Source: Bacillota bacterium
Lineage (GTDB): Bacteria > Bacillota > Limnochordia > DTU080
DNA: 64,000 bases
Direction of reading: 5' to 3'
NCBI GenBank assembly: GCA_012838035.1
Contig: DUQB01000028.1
Location: 52 to 64,051 of the forward strand
Shown: positions 50,368-59,699 of the stretch, one piece after another
Position numbering within the stretch: position 1 is the stretch's first letter
Layout of the letters: every line of letters begins with the position of its first letter
The notes under the pieces: generated by a model
Seen by the model: the letters and a program-made list of their open reading frames with translations, nothing else
Databases searched by the model: none
What the model was told of the DNA's origin: nothing
Translations under genes and position numbers: made by a program

Positions 50368-51561
50368 CTACTCGTCTGACATCAGCGCTTCCGGATTAAG
50401 ACCGGCAAGGTCGGAAACTACAAAACGGCCGTCCTTGCGCACCAGTTCTCCGTCGAAGTAAATTTCTCCGCCACCTTTATCCGGACGCTGAATACAGACA
50501 AGATCCCAATGGATAGCGGAACGATTGCCGTTATCGCAAATGGTGTAGGCATTACCGGGAGTAAAGTGAAAACTGCCGTCGATTTTTTCGTCGAATAAGG
50601 TGTCTTTCATAGGCTCCTTGATATACGGATTCAAACCTAACGAAAACTCACCTATATAGCGAGCCCCTTCATCGGTAGCCAAAATGCGTTCGAGCCGCTC
50701 GTCGTTGTTTGAGTGAGCGTCTATGATTTTCCCCTGCTTAAACCGGAACGAGATATTCTCAAAAGTGACGCCTTGGTATACAGAGGCGGTATTATAGGTG
50801 ATGACGCCTTCTACCGAATCTCGAATCGGCGCGGTATATACCTCGCCATCGGGAATATTGCGCAAACCGCAACACTTAATGGCGGGCATACCGGTAATAG
50901 AGAAGCTTAAATCGGTACCCGGACCTACAATACGCACTACGTCAGTATTCTCCATACGAGCGACCAGCGCGTCCATGGCCTTTGCCATGCGAGGGTAATC
51001 CATCGTACATACGGCAAAATAAAAGTCTTCAAATTCTTCGGTGCTGCGATTGGCGGCTTGCGCCATGGCATGGTTGGGATAGCGCAGAACGCACCAGCGC
51101 GTATGAGGCACCCGAATCTCTCCATGCACCGGCTTCAACCACAGCGTTTGGTAGCGTTCCATATCTTCGGGTGGAACGCCGGCAAGCTCCGCCGTATTAC
51201 GGCCGGCGCGGATACCTATATAGGCATCCATTTGCGACATGCGCATTTTCTCCCACGCGGCGACCTCCGCCAGTGTTTCAGATTGCGCTCCTCGCAGCAG
51301 TTCGCCCAGCAGTTCATGATCCTGGATATTAAGAAAAGGTTTGGCTCCCAGTGTATTGGCTTCGCGAATCAATGCTTTAGCTAACGGGATCTCTAAACCA
51401 ACCACATCGATTAATATTCGTTGCTTCGGTTTGAGCGCCACAGAGTAATGGATGAGCAGTTTGGCCAATTTCTCTATACGTGGATCGCGCAAGCGTTTCG
51501 CCCCCGCATACTCAGATCTGGTTGATAATGCCCTGCGGCATATCTGTGAGCCATAAACCAT
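50368..51561 (-). CDS. Aminopeptidase, M29 family (AmpS/PepS-like)
   Basis: 397 aa with M29 thermophilic-aminopeptidase-like conservation throughout. The start codon is uncertain. Confidence 0.7.
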   Translation of the reverse strand: MVYGSQICRRALSTRSEYAGAKRLRDPRIEKLAKLLIHYSVALKPKQRILIDVVGLEIPLAKALIREANTLGAKPFLNIQDHELLGELLRGAQSETLAEVAAWEKMRMSQMDAYIGIRAGRNTAELAGVPPEDMERYQTLWLKPVHGEIRVPHTRWCVLRYPNHAMAQAANRSTEEFEDFYFAVCTMDYPRMAKAMDALVARMENTDVVRIVGPGTDLSFSITGMPAIKCCGLRNIPDGEVYTAPIRDSVEGVITYNTASVYQGVTFENISFRFKQGKIIDAHSNNDERLERILATDEGARYIGEFSLGLNPYIKEPMKDTLFDEKIDGSFHFTPGNAYTICDNGNRSAIHWDLVCIQRPDKGGGEIYFDGELVRKDGRFVVSDLAGLNPEALMSDE

Positions 51562-51629
51562 GATGACCGGTGTATATACTGCCGGGCAACTGATGCGATA
51601 TGTCGGTTTATGCCTAAAACCGCACGAAG

Positions 51630-51881
51630 TTACTTAATTCTGTTCTTGGCTTTTTCAAGATCAGCCTTGTCCTCTTGCTCAGTTTTGGACAGCACAGCTT
51701 GGTACAGCGCCTCAGCGCCTTCAGCGGCGCTTGACCAGAAACCATCCTTAACGCCGGTATCGACTGCCTGCTTGAATGCATATTCCGTGCTCTGCTTAAA
51801 TGTATAACGGCCCTGAAGGTAGATGTCCTCATACTTCTTCATATTGCCGCCTTTGCCAAACAGCTTGGAAAAGAATCCCAT
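51630..51881 (-). CDS. Hypothetical 83-aa soluble protein
   Basis: Strong RBS AAGGAGGG 7 nt before the ATG. Lys/Glu-rich. Confidence 0.5.
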   Translation of the reverse strand: MGFFSKLFGKGGNMKKYEDIYLQGRYTFKQSTEYAFKQAVDTGVKDGFWSSAAEGAEALYQAVLSKTEQEDKADLEKAKNRIK

Positions 51882-52154
51882 TCCAGTTCCCTCCTTAGTA
51901 GAGTTGATGAGGTGTGATCTGAGCGCAAGGCTTCACGCTGACATGCACAACTTATGATGAACTCTTTACCTGTGAATGAATGGTATTGCGCATCGTACAT
52001 GCATAAACGCTTAGGTATGCGAGCGCTTGACCGTGCATGCGAACGAAGCATCCGGCACCATGACTACTCTCCCGAATTGCAGTTTTGAAGCCTTGTCAAC
52101 GGGATAATTCTATTGTTCATCCGAATTCCCTGCCGCAAATGAAGATCACGTGTA

Positions 52155-53594
52155 TTAATCGACAACAACTCGGATGTACTCCAGCGTCGAGTCTTCCGTG
52201 CCTTGTACCGGCAACCCTGCTTCCAGATGCTCCATAATATAATCTATGTTGCGTTGTGTAATCCATTCTCCCGGCATTAATATCGGGATGCCGGGGGGAT
52301 AAACCATCACGAACTCGGCAGCGATGCGACCGGCGGAATCAGCAAAAGCAATCGGCGCAGAGCGACGATAAAATGCTTCCCGCGGCGTCAATGCCGGTTG
52401 TGGTAAATCAGGTACACGCACGTGCACCTTGCGCGGTCGTCTGTCGTGCCGAGCATAAGCAATGCTTCGTAGTGCCTCCACTAACGCTTGTACAGTCCCC
52501 TGCGCGTCGCCGATGGATACGATCGCCAGGATGTTGTAGAGATCCGACAACTCCACCTCAATGTTGTGTTCATCTCGCAGCAGCGTCTCCACTTCAATGC
52601 CGGTTAACCCTAGATCCTTGACGGAAATGCACAGCTTGGTGGGATCCAGCCGATAGGAAGAAGAACGCCCACCAATGGTATTTGAGTTCAAACACCACAA
52701 ACCGGGTATGGCATTGATCTGATCGCGCGCCCAGTTTGCCAGTTCAATCGCCTGGGTCAGCATCTGTTCGCCTTTAGTAGCCAGCTGCATGCGAGCCGCA
52801 TCCAGCGATGCCAGCAACAAATACGAGGTCGAGGTGGTCGTCAGCATGTTGAACACGGCCTGCACTTTATGTAAGCAGATAAGGCCTTCTTTGACGTTGA
52901 GGATACTGCTTTGGGTAAGAGAACCGCCCAGTTTGTGGATACTGGTCGCAGCCATATCCGCGCCGGCATCCATCGCCGCTACCGGCAAATCGGCATGAAA
53001 GTAAAGATGGGCGCCATGCGCTTCATCCACCAACACCGGTATTTGATACTGATGGGCTGTTTCCACGATCTCGCGAAGGTCGGATGCAACCCCGTAATAT
53101 GTAGGATTGATGACCAACAAAGCTTTGGCATCTGGGTTTTCACCTAAAGCGCGGCGCACCGTAGCTACGGATACGCCATGTGCTACTCCTAAGTTGTGGT
53201 CGATTTCCGGCGTCATGAAAACCGGTATCGCACCGGCAAACACTATAGCCGTCAGGATCGACTTATGCACGTTGCGAGGAACCAGAATCTTTTCGTCCGG
53301 ACCAACACTGGCCAAAATCATGGTCATGATGGCGCCACTGGTGCCTTGCACCGAAAAAAAGGTGCGATCGGCGCGAAACGCCTCTGCGGCCAAAGCTTGC
53401 GCTTCTTGGATGATGCCGTGCGGGTTGTGAAGGTCATCGATGGGCGCAATGTTGATCAAATCAATGGATAAGGCGTTCTGACCCACAAATTCGCGGAATG
53501 CGGGCGCCATGCCCGCACCTTTCTTGTGGCCAGGAATATGAAACTGAATGGGGTTACGTTTACTGTAGCGAACCAGCCCTGAAAACAGCGGCAT
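52155..53594 (-). CDS. Orn/Lys/Arg decarboxylase-family PLP enzyme (SpeA/YaaO-like arginine or lysine decarboxylase)
   Basis: NPIQFHIPGHKKG N-terminal motif and the major-domain Lys region (SIHKLGGSLTQSS). The start is probably ATG 53594 (MPLFSGL...); the track start is 53678. Confidence 0.8.
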   Translation of the reverse strand: MPLFSGLVRYSKRNPIQFHIPGHKKGAGMAPAFREFVGQNALSIDLINIAPIDDLHNPHGIIQEAQALAAEAFRADRTFFSVQGTSGAIMTMILASVGPDEKILVPRNVHKSILTAIVFAGAIPVFMTPEIDHNLGVAHGVSVATVRRALGENPDAKALLVINPTYYGVASDLREIVETAHQYQIPVLVDEAHGAHLYFHADLPVAAMDAGADMAATSIHKLGGSLTQSSILNVKEGLICLHKVQAVFNMLTTTSTSYLLLASLDAARMQLATKGEQMLTQAIELANWARDQINAIPGLWCLNSNTIGGRSSSYRLDPTKLCISVKDLGLTGIEVETLLRDEHNIEVELSDLYNILAIVSIGDAQGTVQALVEALRSIAYARHDRRPRKVHVRVPDLPQPALTPREAFYRRSAPIAFADSAGRIAAEFVMVYPPGIPILMPGEWITQRNIDYIMEHLEAGLPVQGTEDSTLEYIRVVVD

Positions 53595-53754
53595 CTTTTC
53601 CTGGTTCAGCCTGGCCGTCTGTGTCGTCTGCGCTTGTGTGGATTGCAATCTTTCTGCCTCCACCTGAGGTGGTTTCATACCGGTGCGCTACGCAATCGCA
53701 TCGAACGCAAGCAGTGTGACGTGTTGAGTGCGCCACTGCGCGGCTGATCGTGGT

Positions 53755-54126
53755 CTAGGGCGTTTTGGTCTTCTGCGCAGCCTCTCCGTCTTCCGGCGTA
53801 AAAATAACGGGTTTACCGTTCTCGGTAGCGGCTACAGCCCGCTTAGCCTCCACTTCTCGTCTTAACTTGTCCTCAAAGGTGATCCCACGCAATCTTTCCC
53901 ATAACGAAGCAGGTTTGACGTCGGCCGATAAGCGCCGATCAGGTTTATACCAGGTGCATTTCGGTCCGTTAATGGCTTCGACGCGTGCGGATACGCCGAG
54001 CAGCGTTACCCGGATACCCCATGTTTCACCCGGTTTGATTTCGGTATATACGGCCATTTTGTCGCTGGGACGTTCCCATTTCCCCTGATCGAGCCACTTA
54101 ATCAAATTGCTCACTCCAGTAACCAC
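53755..54126 (-). CDS. Hypothetical protein
   Basis: ORF-track ORF with a GTG start and a poor RBS. Coding status is uncertain. Confidence 0.3.
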   Translation of the reverse strand: MVTGVSNLIKWLDQGKWERPSDKMAVYTEIKPGETWGIRVTLLGVSARVEAINGPKCTWYKPDRRLSADVKPASLWERLRGITFEDKLRREVEAKRAVAATENGKPVIFTPEDGEAAQKTKTP

Positions 54127-54179
54127 TAAGTGAGAGTAACAGCTGCTCTATTATAACATGCCTACTTGCTCCATGGCAT

Positions 54180-56276
54180 TTATAAAGCCTTGAGCGCTGT
54201 CTCCAATGCGGTAGGCGTAGTAAGCGGCGCGGAACAAGTAAAGTTGCGACATATGTAGACGGTTGGTTTGCCTTCTACTAGGACCTTCCCGTCACATGGC
54301 GCAGGTCGATCCTCCGAAGGCGCATCTGTCTGTACCTGAGCGTGAACCATAGCCCCGTACAGATAGTGCGCCCGGATCAACCTCAGAAGCTCTTGCGTCG
54401 GCGCATCGTTTAGATCATGCGGCGTAATGACCACAAGTTCCGTTATGCCGCGTTGATACATCTCCAACGCCTTGATGAGCGAAGCCGTACCCCAGGGATT
54501 CTGTCGCATATCGCCGTCAAAGGCTCGCAGCATCGCCTCTGCCTTCTCCAAGTACCCCTCGTGTGGGGCAACCGAATGTAGCCGCAACAATACCTGCGCT
54601 CCCACGCCGTTGGCTGAAGGAACCGATTGATCCAAGCGATCCTTAGGCCGGTGGAGTAGATCGTCCGAAGCAGGACTCATGTAAAAACCACCGGCTTCGT
54701 CATCCCAAAGCAAGGCTATGCACTGCCGCATCAGCTCCCGAGCCTGCCGCAGATACGTCGTATCGAATGTGGCCGTATATACGTCCAGCAGGGATTGGCA
54801 CAGATAGATATAGTCCTCTAAAAAGGCCGGCTGCCTACTTGGACGATCTTTCCAGCTGTGAAGGAGGTTTCCGTCACTGGTTCTAAGGCGCAGCCGGATA
54901 AAATCGAGCGCTCGAATTGCGGCAGCTATGTAATCAGGCTTATTTAACACGGCCCCTGCCTGGGCCATAGCGCTGATCATCATGCCGTTCCAGCCTGTAA
55001 GGATCTTTTCATCGCGCAAAGGCCGGCTACGCTTATTACGTGCAGCCAATAACCGTTCGTTGATCCGCCGTATGCGGACGGCGAGTTCGGTCTCATTGGT
55101 TTGAGTCGCCTGGGCGAGAAGCGCAAGCGATTGCGCTTGATGCAGCACGGTAGCGTTATTGATGAAATTACCGGCTGTGGTGATGCCGTAGTAGGCTTTA
55201 CATAACTGTAGATCATCCTCGGACAATAGCGCCGCCAGTTCTGCCAGTCGCCATACGTAATACTTGCCTTCCTCACCTTCACTATCTGCGTCCTGTGATG
55301 CGAAAAAGCCGCCGGTGGCATGAGTCATCTCTCGGAGAACGTAATCCAGTGTTTCTTCAACGATCTCGGCATAGCGCGGGTCGCCGGTGATCTGATATGC
55401 CGCAAGAAACAACGGGGGCAATAGCGCATTGTCGTAAAGCATCTTCTCAAAATGTGGTATTAGCCACTCAGCATCGGTGGAATAGCGATGAAAGCCGCCG
55501 CCGATTTGGTCATATATGCCGCCTGCCGCCATCTTGTTCAAAGTGAAGAGAACCGCGCCGCCATGTGAGTCGCCTAGGGCAGCGGCGTGCGAGGGCAGTA
55601 ACAAATGTAAATTCGCCGTACAGGGGAACTTGGGCGCTCCGCCGAAGCCGCCGTTACGACGATCAAACACTTGCAGGAGAAAACGTCTGGCGTCATCAAC
55701 CACCTCCTCTTCCGCGACCTGTTCTTTTCCATCCGCATTATCCTGATGCTTTTGGGCAAATGCCCGCATGATTTCTTCTCCCACTTCTCGTATGGTTTCC
55801 GCATCACGCTGATAAAGCTCAATTAGAGAGGTTAGCAGATGACGAAACCCCGGTCTGCCGTAGCGATCTTCCGGAGGAAAGTAGGTGCCGATATAAAAAG
55901 GGCGCAGGTCCGGCGTCAGGAAAACCGATAACGGCCAACCGCCCTGCTCTGCAAGCAGGTGAGCGCATTCCTGATAGATGTGATCGATATCCGGACGCTC
56001 TTCTCTATCCACTTTGATGCTCACGAAATCGGCATTGAGCAACGCGGCGATCTCCGGATCGGAAAACGACTCCTCTTCCATTACATGGCACCAATGACAA
56101 GCTGAGTATCCGATGCTGAGGAAGATCGGCTTACGCTCCTTTTTTGCCTTGTTTAGCGCGGTTGGTCCCCATGGATACCAATCAACCGGATTGTAGGCGT
56201 GCTGGAGTAAATAAGGACTGGTTTCCTGGAGCAAATGATTCGGCCGTTTATTCTTGTCCTCTGTGCGCACTGACAC
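54180..56276 (-). CDS. yyaL: Thioredoxin-domain protein YyaL (DUF255 + six-hairpin glycosidase-like domain)
   Basis: [17 protein letters not shown] ... [16 protein letters not shown] thioredoxin-like N-terminus and a C-terminal alpha/alpha-toroid domain, 698 aa. Confidence 0.85.
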   Translation of the reverse strand: MSVRTEDKNKRPNHLLQETSPYLLQHAYNPVDWYPWGPTALNKAKKERKPIFLSIGYSACHWCHVMEEESFSDPEIAALLNADFVSIKVDREERPDIDHIYQECAHLLAEQGGWPLSVFLTPDLRPFYIGTYFPPEDRYGRPGFRHLLTSLIELYQRDAETIREVGEEIMRAFAQKHQDNADGKEQVAEEEVVDDARRFLLQVFDRRNGGFGGAPKFPCTANLHLLLPSHAAALGDSHGGAVLFTLNKMAAGGIYDQIGGGFHRYSTDAEWLIPHFEKMLYDNALLPPLFLAAYQITGDPRYAEIVEETLDYVLREMTHATGGFFASQDADSEGEEGKYYVWRLAELAALLSEDDLQLCKAYYGITTAGNFINNATVLHQAQSLALLAQATQTNETELAVRIRRINERLLAARNKRSRPLRDEKILTGWNGMMISAMAQAGAVLNKPDYIAAAIRALDFIRLRLRTSDGNLLHSWKDRPSRQPAFLEDYIYLCQSLLDVYTATFDTTYLRQARELMRQCIALLWDDEAGGFYMSPASDDLLHRPKDRLDQSVPSANGVGAQVLLRLHSVAPHEGYLEKAEAMLRAFDGDMRQNPWGTASLIKALEMYQRGITELVVITPHDLNDAPTQELLRLIRAHYLYGAMVHAQVQTDAPSEDRPAPCDGKVLVEGKPTVYICRNFTCSAPLTTPTALETALKAL

Positions 56277-56635
56277 ATCCTCCTATCGTCTCCATCAACC
56301 ATCTACCATGAGTGTAACCAACTTTGGCTTGGTTAGGTCTGTTTGCCATAACGGATGAGGAGGGGCAGCAACGTATCGCTCTTCTATTGTAGACATTACG
56401 CCACAATTTCCGCAATAAATCCGCCCGCCTTATTCCCTAAAAATGCAGGCAGAAGGCGCTCTAATGCTGTCAATCGATTTCGGCAGATATCAATCGATGG
56501 CAATCATCCCGCAGGTCGGCGAAATAAAACTATTGAGCAGCAGGAAAAGTGGTATATTACGTCATATCTTTCTAAAAGCATCGGTTTCGCAGTGTGTGCA
56601 TTTGTTCGGTTGTGCCTTTTAAAAGGAGGCAACCT

Positions 56636-59599
56636 ATGGATGTCGAAAATGCTACTACCGAGCGAAAAAAGATCTGTCATCACCTACTATTCGAACATCC
56701 GTGGACGGCCTTTGCGTTGGTGCGACTCGTCTGCGGCCGAGACGGTCTTCCGCAATATCTCATGTTATTGGATGCCAACAGTACTTGGGAAAAGTATGGC
56801 GGCGTAAAGAAAGAGCATGTAGGCGGCAAGCCCATTAGAACAGGTCCGCTTTCCACCCCGCTTGCGCTGGAACAAATCGCTCATACGCTGCAAATCGGTC
56901 AGCCCACACTATTTGAACTGTATTCCTCCGCACTGGATCGCTGGTTTACCGTCCTATGCTTTGCTCTCGATTCTGCCGCCAATATGGCGGCTTGCATCAT
57001 ATTGGACATTGCGGAACAAAAAACAGCACATGTTCTAAATGTCAGGCCTGACGAACGTTACCGTACGTTGATCTTAGCCTGCTCCGAATGGATCGCCAGG
57101 CTTAGTTCGGATGGTCGTATCCTCTATCCTATTCGCACACCGTGGCCCCTACCGTTTACGGAAAAGACAGGCTGCAGCTGGCTTAACGAAATCATACCCT
57201 GTCAGGATAGAGCAACATTAATCAATACCTTAAATAGAGCGATCACTAAAAAACAGCCGATCAAGGGCACTATACGGATCTACTACCCTGACGGCAGCCT
57301 CCATTGGTTACACTCTCGTGCAGTCCCCATAATGGCTCAAAGCGGCGAAATTGATGAATGGTTCGTCGTAGCCGATGACATCACCAAGCGAAAACAGATG
57401 GAAGTCGCCTTGCGTGATAGCGAAGAACGGCTATCTTATCTCCTTAACCTCAGTGATACGCTCAGACCGCTTGACACGCCCGACGCCATCCTCACAACAG
57501 TATGCAAGTATCTCGCAGATTATCTGAAGACGGCGTCAGTCTGTTTTTGTGAATTGAACTCGGACCACAATCTTATTAACATACATGCCTTTGTTCAGCG
57601 CCAAGAGGCGCCTAATCCGCCGGAGTATGATTCTATCCTACGCATTCCCTTTTTTGCAAGCAGACTAGGTGCCGGCGAAATAGTTGCCGTTAGTGATGTA
57701 GATGCACTTCCAGGCCTGAGCGCAACGGAAAAAGAGTTATGCAAAGCAACTGGTAGACGCGCTTTTCTTTCCATTCCCATATTAGTCGATACAGAGATTG
57801 TGGCTACGCTCAGCGTTTCAGAAAACACGCCTCGCCAATGGAGCTCAGCCGAGATCGCTTTAGTAAAAGAGACGGCTGAGCGTACATGGGATACGCTTGA
57901 ACGCGCCGAGATTCACCTGGAGGTCATGCAAAGCCGAGAGCGGCAAACATATTTATTGCAGCTTTCAGATGCCTTGCGGGAGCTGGAAGACCCGCATGAG
58001 ATCACCAAGACGGCCTTACTGATGATTAAGGAGCATCTAGGGGCCGAACACTCCCTTAAAACGATTTATACTGATGAAACGAGTTATATGATGGCAGAAG
58101 GAGGGAGCGACAACACCGGTCTATACCTACAAGGTGCCTATCAGGCTTCGGAGTATCCTGCGTGCCATGAAATCCTTTGTTCCGGGGAAATGCTGGTTAT
58201 AAACGACAGTTTGACCACACAGCGAATACCCCTTGATGAGGCACGCAGACTGCTGTCTTGTAACCTTCGGGCGTGTGTAGCCGCGCCTATCATTCATCAG
58301 AACAGGTTGGTCGCTACCTTTTCTATCGCGCTATCTACCCCGCGTACCTGGACGTCAGCGGATACGAAGCTAGTGCAAGAGACCGCTGAACGAACATGGA
58401 TGGCGGTAGAAAGAGCTAAAGCCGCAGCTGCTTTGCGTGCCAGTGAGAACCATGCCCTGGCGTTGGTTAAAAAACTAGAGAAAGCCGACCGGAATAAGGA
58501 CAGGTATTTGAGCATACTCTCGCATGAATTAAGAAATCCTCTAGCTGCAATTATGGCCGGGCTTTCGACGTTGGAAGGGAACCATGACCGCCCGCAACTC
58601 AACCAAGTAATAGCCTCCATGACACGCCAAGCCGAACAGCTGTGTAAGCTGGTTAACGATCTATTGGAGTTAACTCGGATCACGCAAAACAGACTATTTT
58701 TTAAAAAAGAGCAAGTCAACCTTAACACATTGCTCATGAACACCTTGACGGACATCAAACCGGAATTTGATGCCAAGCAACTACGCCTACTGCGCTCTAT
58801 TGGCCGGCGACATATCCATATCGAGGCTGATCCGGTACGCATCACCCAGTGTATTGAAAACCTCCTCCATAACGCATTGAAATTCACACCAAGCGGGGGT
58901 ACGGTTCGGGTCTCCTTGCGGCAAGCGGAGAATGATGCGGTACTCACCATCAGAGACAATGGCATAGGGATTCACCCGGACATCCTGCCGGAGCTGTTTT
59001 CCCCTTTTATTCAGGCGGATCAATCGTTGGATCGCCACGACAACAGCGGACTGGGATTAGGTTTGTATATAGTCAAAAGCATCATCGCACAACACAATGG
59101 TCGGGTGACGGCTCACAGCGCAGGATTAGGACAAGGAGCCACGTTTATATTGTACTTACCCGTGGTCCATCAGACTGCCCCGGACATAACCAAATCTCCG
59201 TCAAACGCAAAAATGTCTCAACACAGGATTCTACTTATTGATGACAACAAAGACCTGGTAGAGCTGTTGCGTTCGATGTTTATCATGCTGGGGCACGAAG
59301 CGTATGCGGCCAATGAAGGAGTAACCGGCATAGAGTCAGCCAAGAGAAACCACCCGGATATTATTTTCTGCGATATCGGCTTACCAGGCATGAGCGGGTA
59401 TGAAATAGCGCAGGTGATTCGCCAGGATCCAGAGCTTAAAGATATTTACCTGGTAGCGTTAACCGGATATGCCGGACAAGCCGATGTGGAACTGGCAATA
59501 AAGCATCAGTTTGATCAGCACCTAGCTAAGCCTGTGGACATGATTGCCTTGCAGCGTATCCTTGCTGAGCTGCCGCGCAACACTCGGCATGACACTTGA
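56636..59599 (+). CDS. Hybrid sensor histidine kinase (multi-GAF sensor, HisKA, HATPase_c, C-terminal REC)
   Basis: LSHELRNPL H-box, G1/G2 boxes (DNGIGI, GLGLGLYIV), C-terminal receiver (ILLIDDNKDLVELL...CDIGLPGMSGYE) and repeated GAF-like blocks. ATG 56636 is preceded by AGGAGG. Confidence 0.85.
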   Translation: MDVENATTERKKICHHLLFEHPWTAFALVRLVCGRDGLPQYLMLLDANSTWEKYGGVKKEHVGGKPIRTGPLSTPLALEQIAHTLQIGQPTLFELYSSALDRWFTVLCFALDSAANMAACIILDIAEQKTAHVLNVRPDERYRTLILACSEWIARLSSDGRILYPIRTPWPLPFTEKTGCSWLNEIIPCQDRATLINTLNRAITKKQPIKGTIRIYYPDGSLHWLHSRAVPIMAQSGEIDEWFVVADDITKRKQMEVALRDSEERLSYLLNLSDTLRPLDTPDAILTTVCKYLADYLKTASVCFCELNSDHNLINIHAFVQRQEAPNPPEYDSILRIPFFASRLGAGEIVAVSDVDALPGLSATEKELCKATGRRAFLSIPILVDTEIVATLSVSENTPRQWSSAEIALVKETAERTWDTLERAEIHLEVMQSRERQTYLLQLSDALRELEDPHEITKTALLMIKEHLGAEHSLKTIYTDETSYMMAEGGSDNTGLYLQGAYQASEYPACHEILCSGEMLVINDSLTTQRIPLDEARRLLSCNLRACVAAPIIHQNRLVATFSIALSTPRTWTSADTKLVQETAERTWMAVERAKAAAALRASENHALALVKKLEKADRNKDRYLSILSHELRNPLAAIMAGLSTLEGNHDRPQLNQVIASMTRQAEQLCKLVNDLLELTRITQNRLFFKKEQVNLNTLLMNTLTDIKPEFDAKQLRLLRSIGRRHIHIEADPVRITQCIENLLHNALKFTPSGGTVRVSLRQAENDAVLTIRDNGIGIHPDILPELFSPFIQADQSLDRHDNSGLGLGLYIVKSIIAQHNGRVTAHSAGLGQGATFILYLPVVHQTAPDITKSPSNAKMSQHRILLIDDNKDLVELLRSMFIMLGHEAYAANEGVTGIESAKRNHPDIIFCDIGLPGMSGYEIAQVIRQDPELKDIYLVALTGYAGQADVELAIKHQFDQHLAKPVDMIALQRILAELPRNTRHDT

Positions 59600-59644
59600 T
59601 ACGATGCCGCTCGTCCAGGTACGCTACTGCCGACAACGCCGAAA

Positions 59645-59677
59645 GGGCGCCTGAACCTAATCAGGCGCCCCCTTTAT
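59645..59677. terminator. Bidirectional intrinsic terminator between the convergent histidine kinase and acyl-CoA synthetase genes
   Basis: GGGCGCCTGA-acctaa-TCAGGCGCCC 10-bp stem flanked by AAA and CCTTTAT. Confidence 0.6.
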
Positions 59678-59699
59678 CGCAGCTCTGTTTAACCTGAGC

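Noticed and set aside
56355-56807. 150-aa ORF overlapping the start of the histidine kinase, and the track-extended kinase start at 56594
   Set aside because: There is no RBS. The kinase has a clear AGGAGG-ATG start at 56636, and the upstream region is the divergent promoter region shared with yyaL.
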